The notes beneath the pieces were generated by a model. It did not search any database. It had not been told where the DNA came from and saw only the letters and a list, made by a program, of their open reading frames with translations. The position numbers and the translations under genes were made by a program. A DNA stretch of 64,000 bases from Octopus bimaculoides (taxonomy: Eukaryota): assembly GCF_001194135.2 (NCBI RefSeq), contig NC_068981.1, positions 141,769,390-141,833,389 of the forward strand, written 5' to 3'. This document shows positions 41,688-54,475 of this stretch, one piece after another; the first letter of the stretch is position 1, and each line of letters opens with the position of its first letter.

Positions 41688-42205
41688 CTTGCATGTGCAA
41701 AACAGGGGAAATAATATATATAAAAGAAACTGCGATATACACAAATTTATACCATTTTATTCCCTACGTATGTTTTCCCATTATGGTTATCTGCGATATC
41801 TGCATTGGACGTAGGAAGGTCAGTTTAAAGCTCAACCACAGCATCTCACTAGAAGAGCACTTTATTTCATTATATTACAGAAATCAAATGCCTCTGATTT
41901 AATCCTTGCAACATTACGCAATGTAGTGCTAGTCTGGTGGCCTGTTTCAGCGCTGATTTGCACTTTCAACATCCAATGCAGAAATTGGCGCTAACATCGA
42001 TGGAGAAACGTACGTAGGGGAAAAATAATAAAAACTAGCGCGAATTGTAATTTGCGCTACATTTTTTCTGTATAGTATGCTCATTAATTTTAATAAGTAC
42101 GGTAATAATCACAGCATTGTACGGGAAGTAGACTGGGTGATAAGTAGCGTGACGCTCAAGACTTAAAAGTAGCTATCGTACATCTAATTATAGATCAATC
42201 CTTTA

Positions 42206-42244
<39 letters not shown>

Positions 42245-43210
42245 NNNNNNNNNNNNNNNNNNNNNNNNNNNNNNNNNNNNNNNNNNNNNNNNNNNNNNNN
42301 NNNNNNNNNNNNNNNNNNNNNNNNNNNNNNNNNNNNNNNNNNNNNNNNNNNNNNNNNNNNNNNNNNNNNNNNNNNNNNNNNNNNNNNNNNNNNNNNNNNN
42401 NNNNNNNNNNNNNNNNNNNNNNNNNNNNNNNNNNNNNNNNNNNNNNNNNNNNNNNNNNNNNNNNNNNNNNNNNNNNNNNNNNNNNNNNNNNNNNNNNNNN
42501 NNNNNNNNNNNNNNNNNNNNNNNNNNNNNNNNNNNNNNNNNNNNNNNNNNNNNNNNNNNNNNNNNNNNNNNNNNNNNNNNNNNNNNNNNNNNNNNNNNNN
42601 NNNNNNNNNNNNNNNNNNNNNNNNNNNNNNNNNNNNNNNNNNNNNNNNNNNNNNNNNNNNNNNNNNNNNNNNNNNNNNNNNNNNNNNNNNNNNNNNNNNN
42701 NNNNNNNNNNNNNNNNNNNNNNNNNNNNNNNNNNNNNNNNNNNNNNNNNNNNNNNNNNNNNNNNNNNNNNNNNNNNNNNNNNNNNNNNNNNNNNNNNNNN
42801 NNNNNNNNNNNNNNNNNNNNNNNNNNNNNNNNNNNNNNNNNNNNNNNNNNNNNNNNNNNNNNNNNNNNNNNNNNNNNNNNNNNNNNNNNNNNNNNNNNNN
42901 NNNNNNNNNNNNNNNNNNNNNNNNNNNNNNNNNNNNNNNNNNNNNNNNNNNNNNNNNNNNNNNNNNNNNNNNNNNNNNNNNNNNNNNNNNNNNNNNNNNN
43001 NNNNNNNNNNNNNNNNNNNNNNNNNNNNNNNNNNNNNNNNNNNNNNNNNNNNNNNNNNNNNNNNNNNNNNNNNNNNNNNNNNNNNNNNNNNNNNNNNNNN
43101 NNNNNNNNNNNNNNNNNNNNNNNNNNNNNNNNNNNNNNNNNNNNNNNNNNNNNNNNNNNNNNNNNNNNNNNNNNNNNNNNNNNNNNNNNNNNNNNNNNNN
43201 NNNNNNNNNN

Positions 43211-43249
<39 letters not shown>

Positions 43250-43809
43250 TAGTAAAGTGCATGTCTTTGCCCTATTTAGTTTGCACATGAATATGAATGT
43301 AAAAGAGGAAGAGTGACATATGCCATGAGAAACTAATATTGCTCTCTGATTCTTTCTTTATAATCCTATCTCTGCGTACGTGTGTTTGTGCATGTGTTAG
43401 TGGTTGCATGCTTGTGTGTGAGTGTGCTTGAGCATTTTCTTCTATGTACTACGGTTTCATATATCTCTACACACGATGTATAAGTATGTAAGTATTTCCA
43501 TCGGAAAGAAATATTTTGTTTACGTTAAGACAAAAGGGTTCATTTCCGTCATGATTTTCTTTTTACATTCGTGTATTTGTGTGTGTATGTGTGTGTGTGT
43601 GTGTGTGTGCGTACTCACAATAGAAAAACTGTAGCACAAAAGCTAAAGTAGGTACTTCAGAGCAGTAAAATAAAAATTCTCCAAACATTAATTGACAACA
43701 CTAAAAATATATATTCCTATTCGAAAAGGAAACATAAGCAAAACTCTCAGCACAACAATTACATTTAACTCTCATCTCAAATCTGCTGCCCTTCTGCCTC
43801 AAACAAAAA

Positions 43810-43811
<2 letters not shown>

Positions 43812-43872
<61 letters not shown>

Positions 43873-43905
43873 TACTACTACTACTACTACTACTATTACT
43901 ACTAC
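43812..43905. repeat. (TTA)n/(CTA)n microsatellite ending at a gap
   Basis: Direct reading. Confidence 0.95.
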
Positions 43906-44550
43906 NNNNNNNNNNNNNNNNNNNNNNNNNNNNNNNNNNNNNNNNNNNNNNNNNNNNNNNNNNNNNNNNNNNNNNNNNNNNNNNNNNNNNNNNNNNNNNN
44001 NNNNNNNNNNNNNNNNNNNNNNNNNNNNNNNNNNNNNNNNNNNNNNNNNNNNNNNNNNNNNNNNNNNNNNNNNNNNNNNNNNNNNNNNNNNNNNNNNNNN
44101 NNNNNNNNNNNNNNNNNNNNNNNNNNNNNNNNNNNNNNNNNNNNNNNNNNNNNNNNNNNNNNNNNNNNNNNNNNNNNNNNNNNNNNNNNNNNNNNNNNNN
44201 NNNNNNNNNNNNNNNNNNNNNNNNNNNNNNNNNNNNNNNNNNNNNNNNNNNNNNNNNNNNNNNNNNNNNNNNNNNNNNNNNNNNNNNNNNNNNNNNNNNN
44301 NNNNNNNNNNNNNNNNNNNNNNNNNNNNNNNNNNNNNNNNNNNNNNNNNNNNNNNNNNNNNNNNNNNNNNNNNNNNNNNNNNNNNNNNNNNNNNNNNNNN
44401 NNNNNNNNNNNNNNNNNNNNNNNNNNNNNNNNNNNNNNNNNNNNNNNNNNNNNNNNNNNNNNNNNNNNNNNNNNNNNNNNNNNNNNNNNNNNNNNNNNNN
44501 NNNNNNNNACATATATATACGTATGTATATATATATGTATATATATATAC

Positions 44551-44598
<48 letters not shown>

Positions 44599-46353
44599 AT
44601 ATATATACATACATATATACATATAGACATACATACGTATATAATTATGCAGTTGTATATACATTTATATATCATTCATATATGTGTTTTTGTGTGTACG
44701 TATGCATGTTTGTGTGAATGATATATAAATGTACATACACATATACAATGTATGTGTTTGCGTTTGTGTGTGTAAGTGTATTTTCACGCATCTATCTATG
44801 TATGCATGTATATACGTATGTGTGTGTGTCTATGCGCACTTATGTATTTATATACGCATAAATTGTATGTATGCACGTAGACATGCATATTGTGGAGAAG
44901 TATGTATTTATATATGTAACCGCATTTACACAACAACAATGGTTGATCTGAATAACATTTGAAGTGGCGGAAGAGGGCAAGACCAGAAGGAATGGATACG
45001 AAATTGCCACTCGAGACTACAGCCTAGCCAGTAGTGCACAGCTGAAATTTCATCACAAAAGAATACCTAATATACTTGAATACTAATAATTTGCAATAAA
45101 TTGCAATGAGTATAACTGAATGGATAGCTGTAACAAGGGAGCAAGGCCCTCGATTTGGGAAAACACGAATTTTATGCATATTACCACTAGAAATTTCCCA
45201 AAATTTGAAGATGCTGAAATTTCTTACGGTGGAAGTATTATCATGTGTACTAAGAATAGGTGCATGATTCTTTCAAATGTTGGTCTTGTTTACCATGAGA
45301 AATCACCTTTCAGAAGGCAACCTGGAGGGATCTCTGCACATAAACCCCACACAAATACCACTTACGTCTATTAAAGAAGCTATTGATATTTATTGCGGTG
45401 CTGAATATATATCTCGGACAAATGAATCCTTGCGTCGCTCTTGTCACTGAATGTAACCGTATTAGTTATACAAAAAGCCGATCTAGTTAAAAAGGAGGGA
45501 TCAATTATCGTAAGACGAAACCAACATGTTTATGTTCACCTAGCTGCACGGACATCAAGTAGGCATTGCTATATTTATGCCTAAAGATCTGCAAAAATAT
45601 TGTTAAATTGAAAATGCATTATGGACAATAGCACAAGTGGGCAAAAAAAAAAAATGTTGCTCATGACATTGACTAAATTATATACAATATAAGTCCTGAA
45701 AATTTCAAAGCCGTGTCGAGCAAGCAGGTCTTCTTAAAGCTTATTGTAAAAACGCATTAAAAAGATGATAAATCTACATACGACTGCAAGAAGTGTGTGG
45801 CCATGCTCGATATATGTGAGTGTATGCGTCGTGTGTCGGTGTGTACATATATATGTGTATGCATATATATATATATATATGTGTGTATGCATATATATAT
45901 ATGTATATATATATATANNNNNNNNNNNNNNNNNNNNNNNNNNNNNNNNNNNNNNNNNNNNNNNNNNNNNNNNNNNNNNNNNNNNNNNNNNNNNNNNNNN
46001 NNNNNNNNNNNNNNNNNNNNNNNNNNNNNNNNNNNNNNNNNNNNNNNNNNNNNNNNNNNNNNNNNNNNNNNNNNNNNNNNNNNNNNNNNNNNNNNNNNNN
46101 NNNNNNNNNNNNNNNNNNNNNNNNNNNNNNNNNNNNNNNNNNNNNNNNNNNNNNNNNNNNNNNNNNNNNNNNNNNNNNNNNNNNNNNNNNNNNNNNNNNN
46201 NNNNNNNNNNNNNNNNNNNNNNNNNNNNNNNNNNNNNNNNNNNNNNNNNNNNNNNNNNNNNNNNNNNNNNNNNNNNNNNNNNNNNNNNNNNNNNNNNNNN
46301 NNNNNNNNNNNNNNNNNNNNNNNNNNNNNNNNNNNNNNNNNNNNNNNCTCTCG

Positions 46354-46395
<42 letters not shown>

Positions 46396-47654
46396 GTATG
46401 TTTCATAGCAAGCCGAAACGCGGAAGTGGTAAATATCCAAGCGAGGTGTATACCGCAGGCTACTCTTCAGGCCAAGTTTATCTTGATAATATGAGGTTTA
46501 CTTTTTCGTTAGGAAGCCCATGTTAACACATGGAGGACTGCTTGGTAAATAGTTAGTCAAGCAAAACCTTAGAGTATAGGCAATAACAGATATGACTTTG
46601 TGTGGAAGAAACGTACAAAATTTTCACTTCTAAATTTACTTTTATAAACAGTAGACGGGAACAGATTATAAGATATCCGCATTGGATAAAATATACGTTT
46701 AAACGATTTGAAGAAACATAACTGACCATCTATAATAATTATACTAGTTAAAATAATGTTTGTAATAATTAATATTTATGCAAATTATACTAATAAATAT
46801 AATTATAATGAAAACAACAATGTTACTTGAGTTTTAAACCCTAAATAAGAGAAATATCCCTGAATAAATAATGTGTCCCATACCTTAAAATGTAAACAAA
46901 CCTGCTACAATTAACTGTAATATAAATAAACATTTTAAAACCACGATTCAAGTGTAATACCAGTAGAAGTAATTATAAGACCAGGAAGCTTGTTTTAATT
47001 AGTTCATTTTGAAAAACGTCTTAAGTGATGGGTTCTTGATGAAATTGCAGTGGCCAGGATGCACAATTGCATACAGAACAATGTGTTGTTGCTGCAGTAG
47101 AAACATATGTTGGTCATTGTTATATATGCTATTGTAAACTTTTTAATAAAAAAGTTTGGGATGGGAATAAATCTCCACTTTCCTCTTGGTTTTCAGTTAT
47201 ATATACACTTATAAATACTTATATGTTAGGGAATAATAAAAATGCCAGTAGAAGCGTGTGAGAACAATAATTGCTTTCAAGGTATTGCTGAAATAGAAAG
47301 AGCATATTAAAGTTGAGGCTGTCGGAATAGGAAAATACTTGAAATCGTTAAATACTAAAGGAACCATTGAATAAATGATGATGATGACGACGACGACGAC
47401 GACGACGACGATGATTGTGAGATGGGGAAGACGATGGCGGTGAGACGGTGGAGGAAGAGATACATGGGTTTAGCGAGTGGAATGAGGGCTATTACTACAA
47501 ATCATAATGTTTTGTTGCAATAACACCTTTGTGACAGCCCTATAGAGGAAGTAAAACAAGGTGTCTAGATCGCTGGTTCGTTATTTTTCTAATCATATAT
47601 TGTAATTTCCTATTAGTTTGGCTGCATTCCAGTGCAACATTAAAAATTGTGGTC

Positions 47655-47820
47655 AGTGTTAGAATCGTTAAAGCGGCGAACAAAATGACTGATTTGAGTT
47701 TAGTTATATGCCTTTATTTTCTGAGTTCAAACTGAAGTATATTCGACCTTATTGTCTTTCTACCTTAAATGTCATTAGTTTAAACACTATTCCAGTACTG
47801 TTATCGATTCAATTCCTCTG
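47655..47820 (+). mobile_element. SINE family 2, decayed
   Basis: agaatcgttaaagcgg...ttctgagttcaaact...cagtactgttatcgattcaatt. Confidence 0.55.
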
Positions 47821-50635
47821 GATATGTTACTACTTTTCAAAACTCACATATAAACATATTTAAAATTACATTTTTTTCTATCGAGCAACTGAGATCGTTT
47901 CTTTGCAAAAGAAATTCTGTAGAAACAGTTTAGAAAGAAAATATGATGAAATGCGCTTTCTAATATGTCAGGGCGTGTCAATGCATTCTTAAACACTGGT
48001 TGTTTATTTAGCAGTATTCATGCAAATCGTGGGTTTTATTTTTTTTCGTCTGTCTTTGGGTCTAAATATATTCAAAAGGTATATCGTTCTAAGGGTGTCG
48101 TTCACAAAAATAAAACAAATTTGCATGCTCCTGTAAACAACATTTTAATGTGCACTTTTGTGTTGTTTGTAGAGTCGTCTTAAATTTTGGCATGTTAACA
48201 TCCCAAAATATATTTTTTGATAACTGCATATCGATTTCATTTGCTTCTGAATTGATTTCAATGTATTTGCAATATTTTTCTTAGCAGCTCTTTACTTCAT
48301 GTGCTGATGTTGCTGACCTTTATTAACTTTCGGTTAAACAGCAGGAGAAATATGATGCTGTTCGAGAGTTAATTGCTCCGGTTCTTTTTAGGACGAGTCA
48401 TAAATATGATGAGTAATGTTTTGCTCTTGATATCGGCAGCATGTTAGTTCCATATTGTAGCAGTTTGTTGTAGACCTATTAATAGATAATACGATTACCA
48501 TTGCATTAATAATTGTGTATATATGCTTGTCGTAGAGTGAGCAATTAGGTTTTAAGTGAAGATTAGTTTGGAGGCATATTCCTATAGGACTAGTATAATT
48601 TCTAGTTTAAGTTAAGCGTAAATTTAAGGTAATTTACCAATACAAGAATCAATCCAACTGCCACACAAATACTGAAAATCTGAATGTATGTATGCTACGA
48701 TGCATACATGCACATACGCACATAGATACATGTGTATGTAAATGCATATACATATAAACACTCACGAACACATAGGTGTATGCGTTTGTATTTCTATTTG
48801 TGTGTGTTTGCATTTATTCTTAAAAATAATCACTAATATGCATGTTCAAATTTCATCTTTGCTAATAGGGATTTTATTATTTTCTCAAATTGTTTGAAAC
48901 AATAACATTGCTAATCTTAACCTTCAAATTCTATTGTCTATGTAAAGGGGTTTCTGTCGTTATTTCTGGTTCATTGTTCCTGAATTCCTAATCCGGTATC
49001 GGAGATTTTGTTTATAATTTACTTTTGTTATCAACCAAGCATTTCTGAACCTATTTTCTTTCTTATGATATGGAGCATGTTCTAATCCTCTTTGATGTGA
49101 AGGTATGATAAATTATGGTGATAATATGGTATATATTTATCGAACAGAACAATTACAACCGTGAAGTATACAGCAGGATTGCGGATGAATTTGTAAGTGA
49201 TACTAGTCGAATGTGTGTGCGTGCGTCGGTCCGGGCGCATATGCGCGCGTGCTTGTATGTGTTCGTGTGTGTGTGCACGTGTCTGTATGTGCGTGAGCGT
49301 ATGCGTGTATGTGTTCCTGTGTGTGCTTGTGTGTATTTCAGCATGTTTGTATGTGCTTTTGGTGGCTCCCACCACTGCGGCTTGTTGATGTTGAAATAAT
49401 TGTTAACGTATTTATTTTTCTAGTGCATTATTATTAATATGCGTTGGTTGATCATATGTAATGCGCGATATGTTGTTTAATGATAGTTTCGAAGTGGCAT
49501 TTTATTAATTTTATTGCTAGTTTACGTATTTAAATTTTTCAATGTTTTATTTCTTTTCCTGGGCTTTGCATCTGTTGTGTTTATTGTCTTAATTTTGTTT
49601 CTATATTGTTTGCTAGTTTACTAAATTATTAGCATATTCATTTATTGATTAGCATTGCGGTTGTTGAATTAATAGATTTTTGTAGTGATTTTAATGTTTT
49701 ATGTGACGAAGTAATAGTTAAAGTCTTTTCATGAAGCATATATTATAAATACGATTTCATATTTATACGTGATAATCATTGCCTTCATGCTCCTATTAGC
49801 ATGTTTTAGTATTTGATTGTATTTTTACATTTTTATCATATATATAGCATTCTCAAGAAAAAATTAGAAAATTGATCATGCAGCAGATATTCGTGTTTAA
49901 ATGCAACGAAATAGCTCATTATACAGGTAGCATAAGCCTAAGAACAAACATTCATGAAACACCACAGACATAATTTCTTGAATTTTGAAAAGAAATCTGA
50001 CGACAAGAGTTAAATGTAAATATATATATATATATATATCATGTCCGGCTATAAGAAATCAGAATATACCACCACTTCATTCCCATGACCTCGTCTAAAT
50101 TCAGTCAGTAATGAGAACTTCCACAAAATTTACGTCATACACAAGTTTGTTGAAAGACCATTCAAGGATTGTTGAAAGACTAGGAATTCCCATTATTTTA
50201 AACAAAAGGCAAGTGACTAAGAGGAAATACGAAATACTATATATCATCCGAAAAGTATTTGATAGGGTAGTCGGAGTAATCCTTTTTAATGAAAATCTGT
50301 TCCTCTTAATATTTATGCATATAAATAACTTATTTACATACTTTAGGTCAACAATCTAAATGGTTGAGACCAAATTTCTTTCACAGGAACAATATGGTTT
50401 CCTGTTCTATTTTTCTGAAGAATCTCAGAGTATATATGTCATTCTTCTTCATTTTATTCTTATTTTGATATCATGTACATGAAATGATGAGTCATTACAC
50501 TTACTAGCAAAAAACTTCCCGGACGGTTTTCTGCTAGCATGTCACGTTTGATTTTAAGAAACTGCTATGATACGCATACCTGCCAATATCTTGAAATGAA
50601 ACATATACATGTTTACATACTTACAGACATACATA

Positions 50636-50713
<78 letters not shown>

Positions 50714-51080
50714 NNNNNNNNNNNNNNNNNNNNNNNNNNNNNNNNNNNNNNNNNNNNNNNNNNNNNNNNNNNNNNNNNNNNNNNNNNNNNNNNNNNNNNN
50801 NNNNNNNNNNNNNNNNNNNNNNAGCAGAGGAAGAGAAAATGGGTGAGTGAGCAACAGAGTGTGTTTGTTAGAAGGAAAGGAAGTAAAAGTAACTGAGTGT
50901 ACAGAGAAAGCCTACGGGTATTAAATGAAATCGCAAGGAAGGGTCACACATTAACTTCTTGAGAAAGAGAGGAGATAATAACCCCGTCCACTAGAAGCGC
51001 TATCACCAGCCCCAGCCCTCAATAACTTTAGAGGTTTCGCTAAAAGATTTTATTTCGTTCACTATCCCTCTTTCACACAT

Positions 51081-51512
51081 TTCTTCTTCTTCTTCTTCTT
51101 CTTCTTCTTCTTCTTCCCCTCCTCCCCCTCATCTTTCTTCTTCTTCTTCATCATCTTCTACTTCTCCTCCTCCTCCTCCTTCTCCTCCTCCTTCTCCTCC
51201 TTCTTCTTCTCTTTCTCCTTCTTCTTCTTCTTCTTCTTCTCATCTTTCTTCTTCTTCATTATCTTCTTCTCCTCCTCCTCCTTCTTCATCATCTTCTTCT
51301 TCTTCTTCTTCCCCTCCTCCCCCTCATCTTTCTTCTTCTTCATCATCTTCTACTTCTTCTCCTTCTCCTCCTCCTCCTCCTCCTCCTCCTCCTTCTTCTT
51401 CTTCTTCGTCTTCTTCTTCTTCTTCTTCTTCTTCTTCTTCTTCTTCTTCTTCTTCTTCTTCTTCTTCTTCTTCTTCTTCTTCTTCTTCTTCTTCTTCTTC
51501 TTCTTCTTCTTC
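51081..51512. repeat. About 430-bp polypyrimidine (TTC)n/(TCC)n tract
   Basis: Direct reading; contains an internal duplication of about 50 bp. Confidence 0.95.
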
Positions 51513-52281
51513 CATCAACATCAGCATCGGTATCATAATCATTCTCAATACCCACAAATTCCCTACCAACCATTAGATATAATTCCCCCCCCCTACTCAT
51601 ATTATCACTGTTGGTTTAGTTGGACCGCTTATTGTTTATATCATCGTCATGCGTTTGTAGGTTTTGTCATTTTGGTTGCAGCTGTTGTTTCCGCAGCAAC
51701 TGTCGTAATTGAAGCTGTCTTTACCGTTGTTGTCTTAGTTGTGTCGTTAGTTTGTCATCATCGGAGCTATTGCTCTTCAAGGTTTGTTGCTAATGATGTT
51801 TTGTCGTCTGCTACTTATCATCATTTTACCGATGATCTTGTTGCCGTTGTTAATGATAAGCTTGTCATCTTCAACGATGATGCTACTTTCCTTCTTGCCG
51901 TCACTGTCATTGTTGTCATTGTTGTTGAAAATGGCGTCATCGTTGTAAATATTATCGTCGTCAACGGTTATTGTTTTATTATATTTAAGTAATCTTTGTA
52001 TAACGTTCTCTTCATCAAAACAACAATATAATAGTTGTTGTTTTCGTTGCTGTTGCACCTACTGGCGATGCAGTTGTTGTTCACCTTGCTGATGTTGTCG
52101 TCACATATGTCAGTTGTAAATCCATATTTCTTGTAAAATGGACACCACGGTGGAATTGATATGTCACCTTGCCTATCTTCCACCATTAACTGGTAGAATG
52201 GCCAACCTTTTGAAATATGAGCATGTGTTCGTAGCTAAGCATAAGAAATAGATATTTTGTAAAACACCAGATGTCAAACTG

Positions 52282-52336
<55 letters not shown>

Positions 52337-52640
52337 GCACCCACCGTACTCACCACATGTAGCACTGCGGATTTCCATCTCTTCTCCAAGATGAAAATGC
52401 AGCTCAAAGGTCACCGTTTTAACACCGTTGTCGAGATCGAGAGCAAATCGCAGGTGAAAGTTTCGCTTACAGAGAACAATTTCCAAGTCGAATTTCAAGA
52501 GTGGCAGGATCGCTGGGATCGTGTATTACTATGCAAGATGGCAATTTCGAAGAAGATAATATTAGAGCTTAGGTAAATAAGTTATTTTCTAATTAAATTA
52601 AGCATAGCTAGCCTGGGAAACTTTTGTTGTGTCTAGGTAG
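52337..52640 (+). mobile_element. Mariner transposase C-terminal remnant and 3' end
   Basis: Frameshifted HPPYSPHVA..DFHLFSKMKMQLKGHRFNTVVEIE...FQEWQDRWDRCITMQDGNFEED, matching the mariner HPPYSPDLAP..DF.LF and W..RW..CI...G.YFE motifs. Confidence 0.85.
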
Positions 52641-52902
52641 TCATTATGCCAATATTATTGACACACCCACTGATTCAGTTTCAATATTCTATTAAACGAA
52701 GTATATATATATTTCGAAACGTCTAGATAGAATAGAGACAGCTGATGAAGGGATATTCCAAGTGGCTTTCCGTTTTCCTATATGTTCGTTCCGTTGTCTG
52801 TAGTTTATTGTTCTAACGTCCTGTACCCTGATATGCATGTATATACACATGTAGATGTAAGTATGTACATATATGTGTGTATACATGTATATATATTCTT
52901 TG

Positions 52903-52944
<42 letters not shown>

Positions 52945-54086
52945 GTGCGTATGGTGTACGGGTGCGCGTGTGTGTGTGTGTGCGTGTATGTTATATTCTT
53001 ATATATGTAAAAGTATATATCTATGTATCCATGTATATGTGCCTGTGTGTTTGGTGATGTGAATATGTGTGTGAGTATCTGGCTCATTAAATTCATGGGT
53101 GTTTCCAAGTTTTCTCAGTTATTCTATTTTCAACTTTTCGCCTTCACTTATTATTTTTTTTTTACAGTATGGAACAAAGATGTTTCTAAATCCATATTCG
53201 ACGTTTTCAGAACCACGTGGTCTCATTTTCAAGAATTGTTTCTAATAGAGTGCTTTAGTTCAAGTGGACTCTTCCGCTGAAGTCATCTTCGTATTAGTAC
53301 TATACGTCAGTAGTCACGTGTTGATTGGTTTGTTTCGCTCAAGATTTTTACCGTTAGATTTCATATCAGAACATACGTGCTTATTTGTTGATGCGTGTTA
53401 GCATGCTGATTTTAGAAAAAAAAAAAAAAAAAAAAGCTAATTGCAGCAGTTGTCAGGTAAAGCATAGGGCGTTTTTAGTCATAACCTTATGAGATTGTCC
53501 TCTCTTAACTAAGCCATTACTGCCACGTTTCACCGAGTTATTTTAGCCCACCTTCTAGAATGGCTTTCGTTTATTTGTATGATCAAGGTAACTACCACAT
53601 TGAACTATCCATAGTTATATACATTTTTGAGTCTTCTGTTGTCGATTGTTAACTCTAATGCCAGACACGTTGAAAATTGCAGACCTGGTGAAAAACCACA
53701 CGAAATCCTGCGTTAAATGGGATGATTGCACACATCCTATTTTGCCTTTCTTAGTCCCTTCCTTTTGCATTCCCATTTCACATTGCCTTCTCTTGACAGA
53801 TTCTACTTGACAACCTGCGGTGAATGTATAATCTAAAATATAGAGGGATACTGAAAGGCCAGTCATTCCTTTTATTTAACGTTTATTACCAGAATTGTGC
53901 AGATTTCTTCGAGAGTTTATTTACCAACTATCTTGGTGGCCTGGTAGAGATTCTTACAGCTTTGATAAAATTTACGTTACATCAGAATCAAATTACGAAA
54001 ACAGTTCTATATTCAAGAGCTGAGGAATTATGTACATTATTTACATTATTTACAGTTGACGGATATTTGTCCTCATCTTGTTTGTT

Positions 54087-54132
54087 AACACAGCGTTCCG
54101 GCTAATATACTATTCATCCTTCATCAGGTGTC
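54087..54132 (-). ncRNA. Degenerate minimal type I hammerhead ribozyme motif (copy A)
   Basis: Minus strand reads GACAC CTGATGA A GGATG aatagtatat TAGCC GGAA CGCT GTGTT. Stem I GACAC/GTGTT, intact CUGAUGA, imperfect stem II, GAAA mutated to GGAA. Confidence 0.55.
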
Positions 54133-54179
54133 TTGGGGAAATTTCGAACCTGGGTTCTCATTCCTAAGGTATTTTTCCA

Positions 54180-54224
<45 letters not shown>

Positions 54225-54261
54225 AATCATTAAAATAATAATAATAATAATAATAATAATA

Positions 54262-54298
<37 letters not shown>

Positions 54299-54430
54299 TC
54301 ACTGCTTGGAATCGAATTCGGAATTTTGGGGTTAGTAGCCCGCGCTCTTAACCACGACGCCATATGCCCGTGGACATATGGCGTCGTGGTTTACCTTAGG
54401 AATGAGAACACAGGTTCGAAATTTCCCCAG

Positions 54431-54475
54431 GACACCCGACGAAGTTGGAGGCTATATCAGCCGAAATGTTGAGTT
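54431..54475 (+). ncRNA. Degenerate minimal type I hammerhead ribozyme motif (copy B)
   Basis: GACAC CCGACGA A G-TTG gaggctatat CAGCC GAAA TGTT GAGTT. The core carries substitutions. Confidence 0.5.

Noticed and set aside
42036-42060. 11-bp hairpin tagcgcgaatt-gt-aatttgcgcta
   Set aside because: No Helitron-type CTRR end or other supporting context.
45366-45447. Minus-strand open segment with a gtaagt donor at 45365
   Set aside because: It would need a 32-nt intron to the next candidate exon, and its phase does not match the 41687 exon.
48250-48480. LEQHHI...PKVN resembling a GIY-YIG C-terminus
   Set aside because: A single short motif with an internal stop.
54295-54366. tRNA gene call for the tRNA-like head (also other SINE heads)
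   Set aside because: No complete cloverleaf or acceptor stem; it is part of a repeat.
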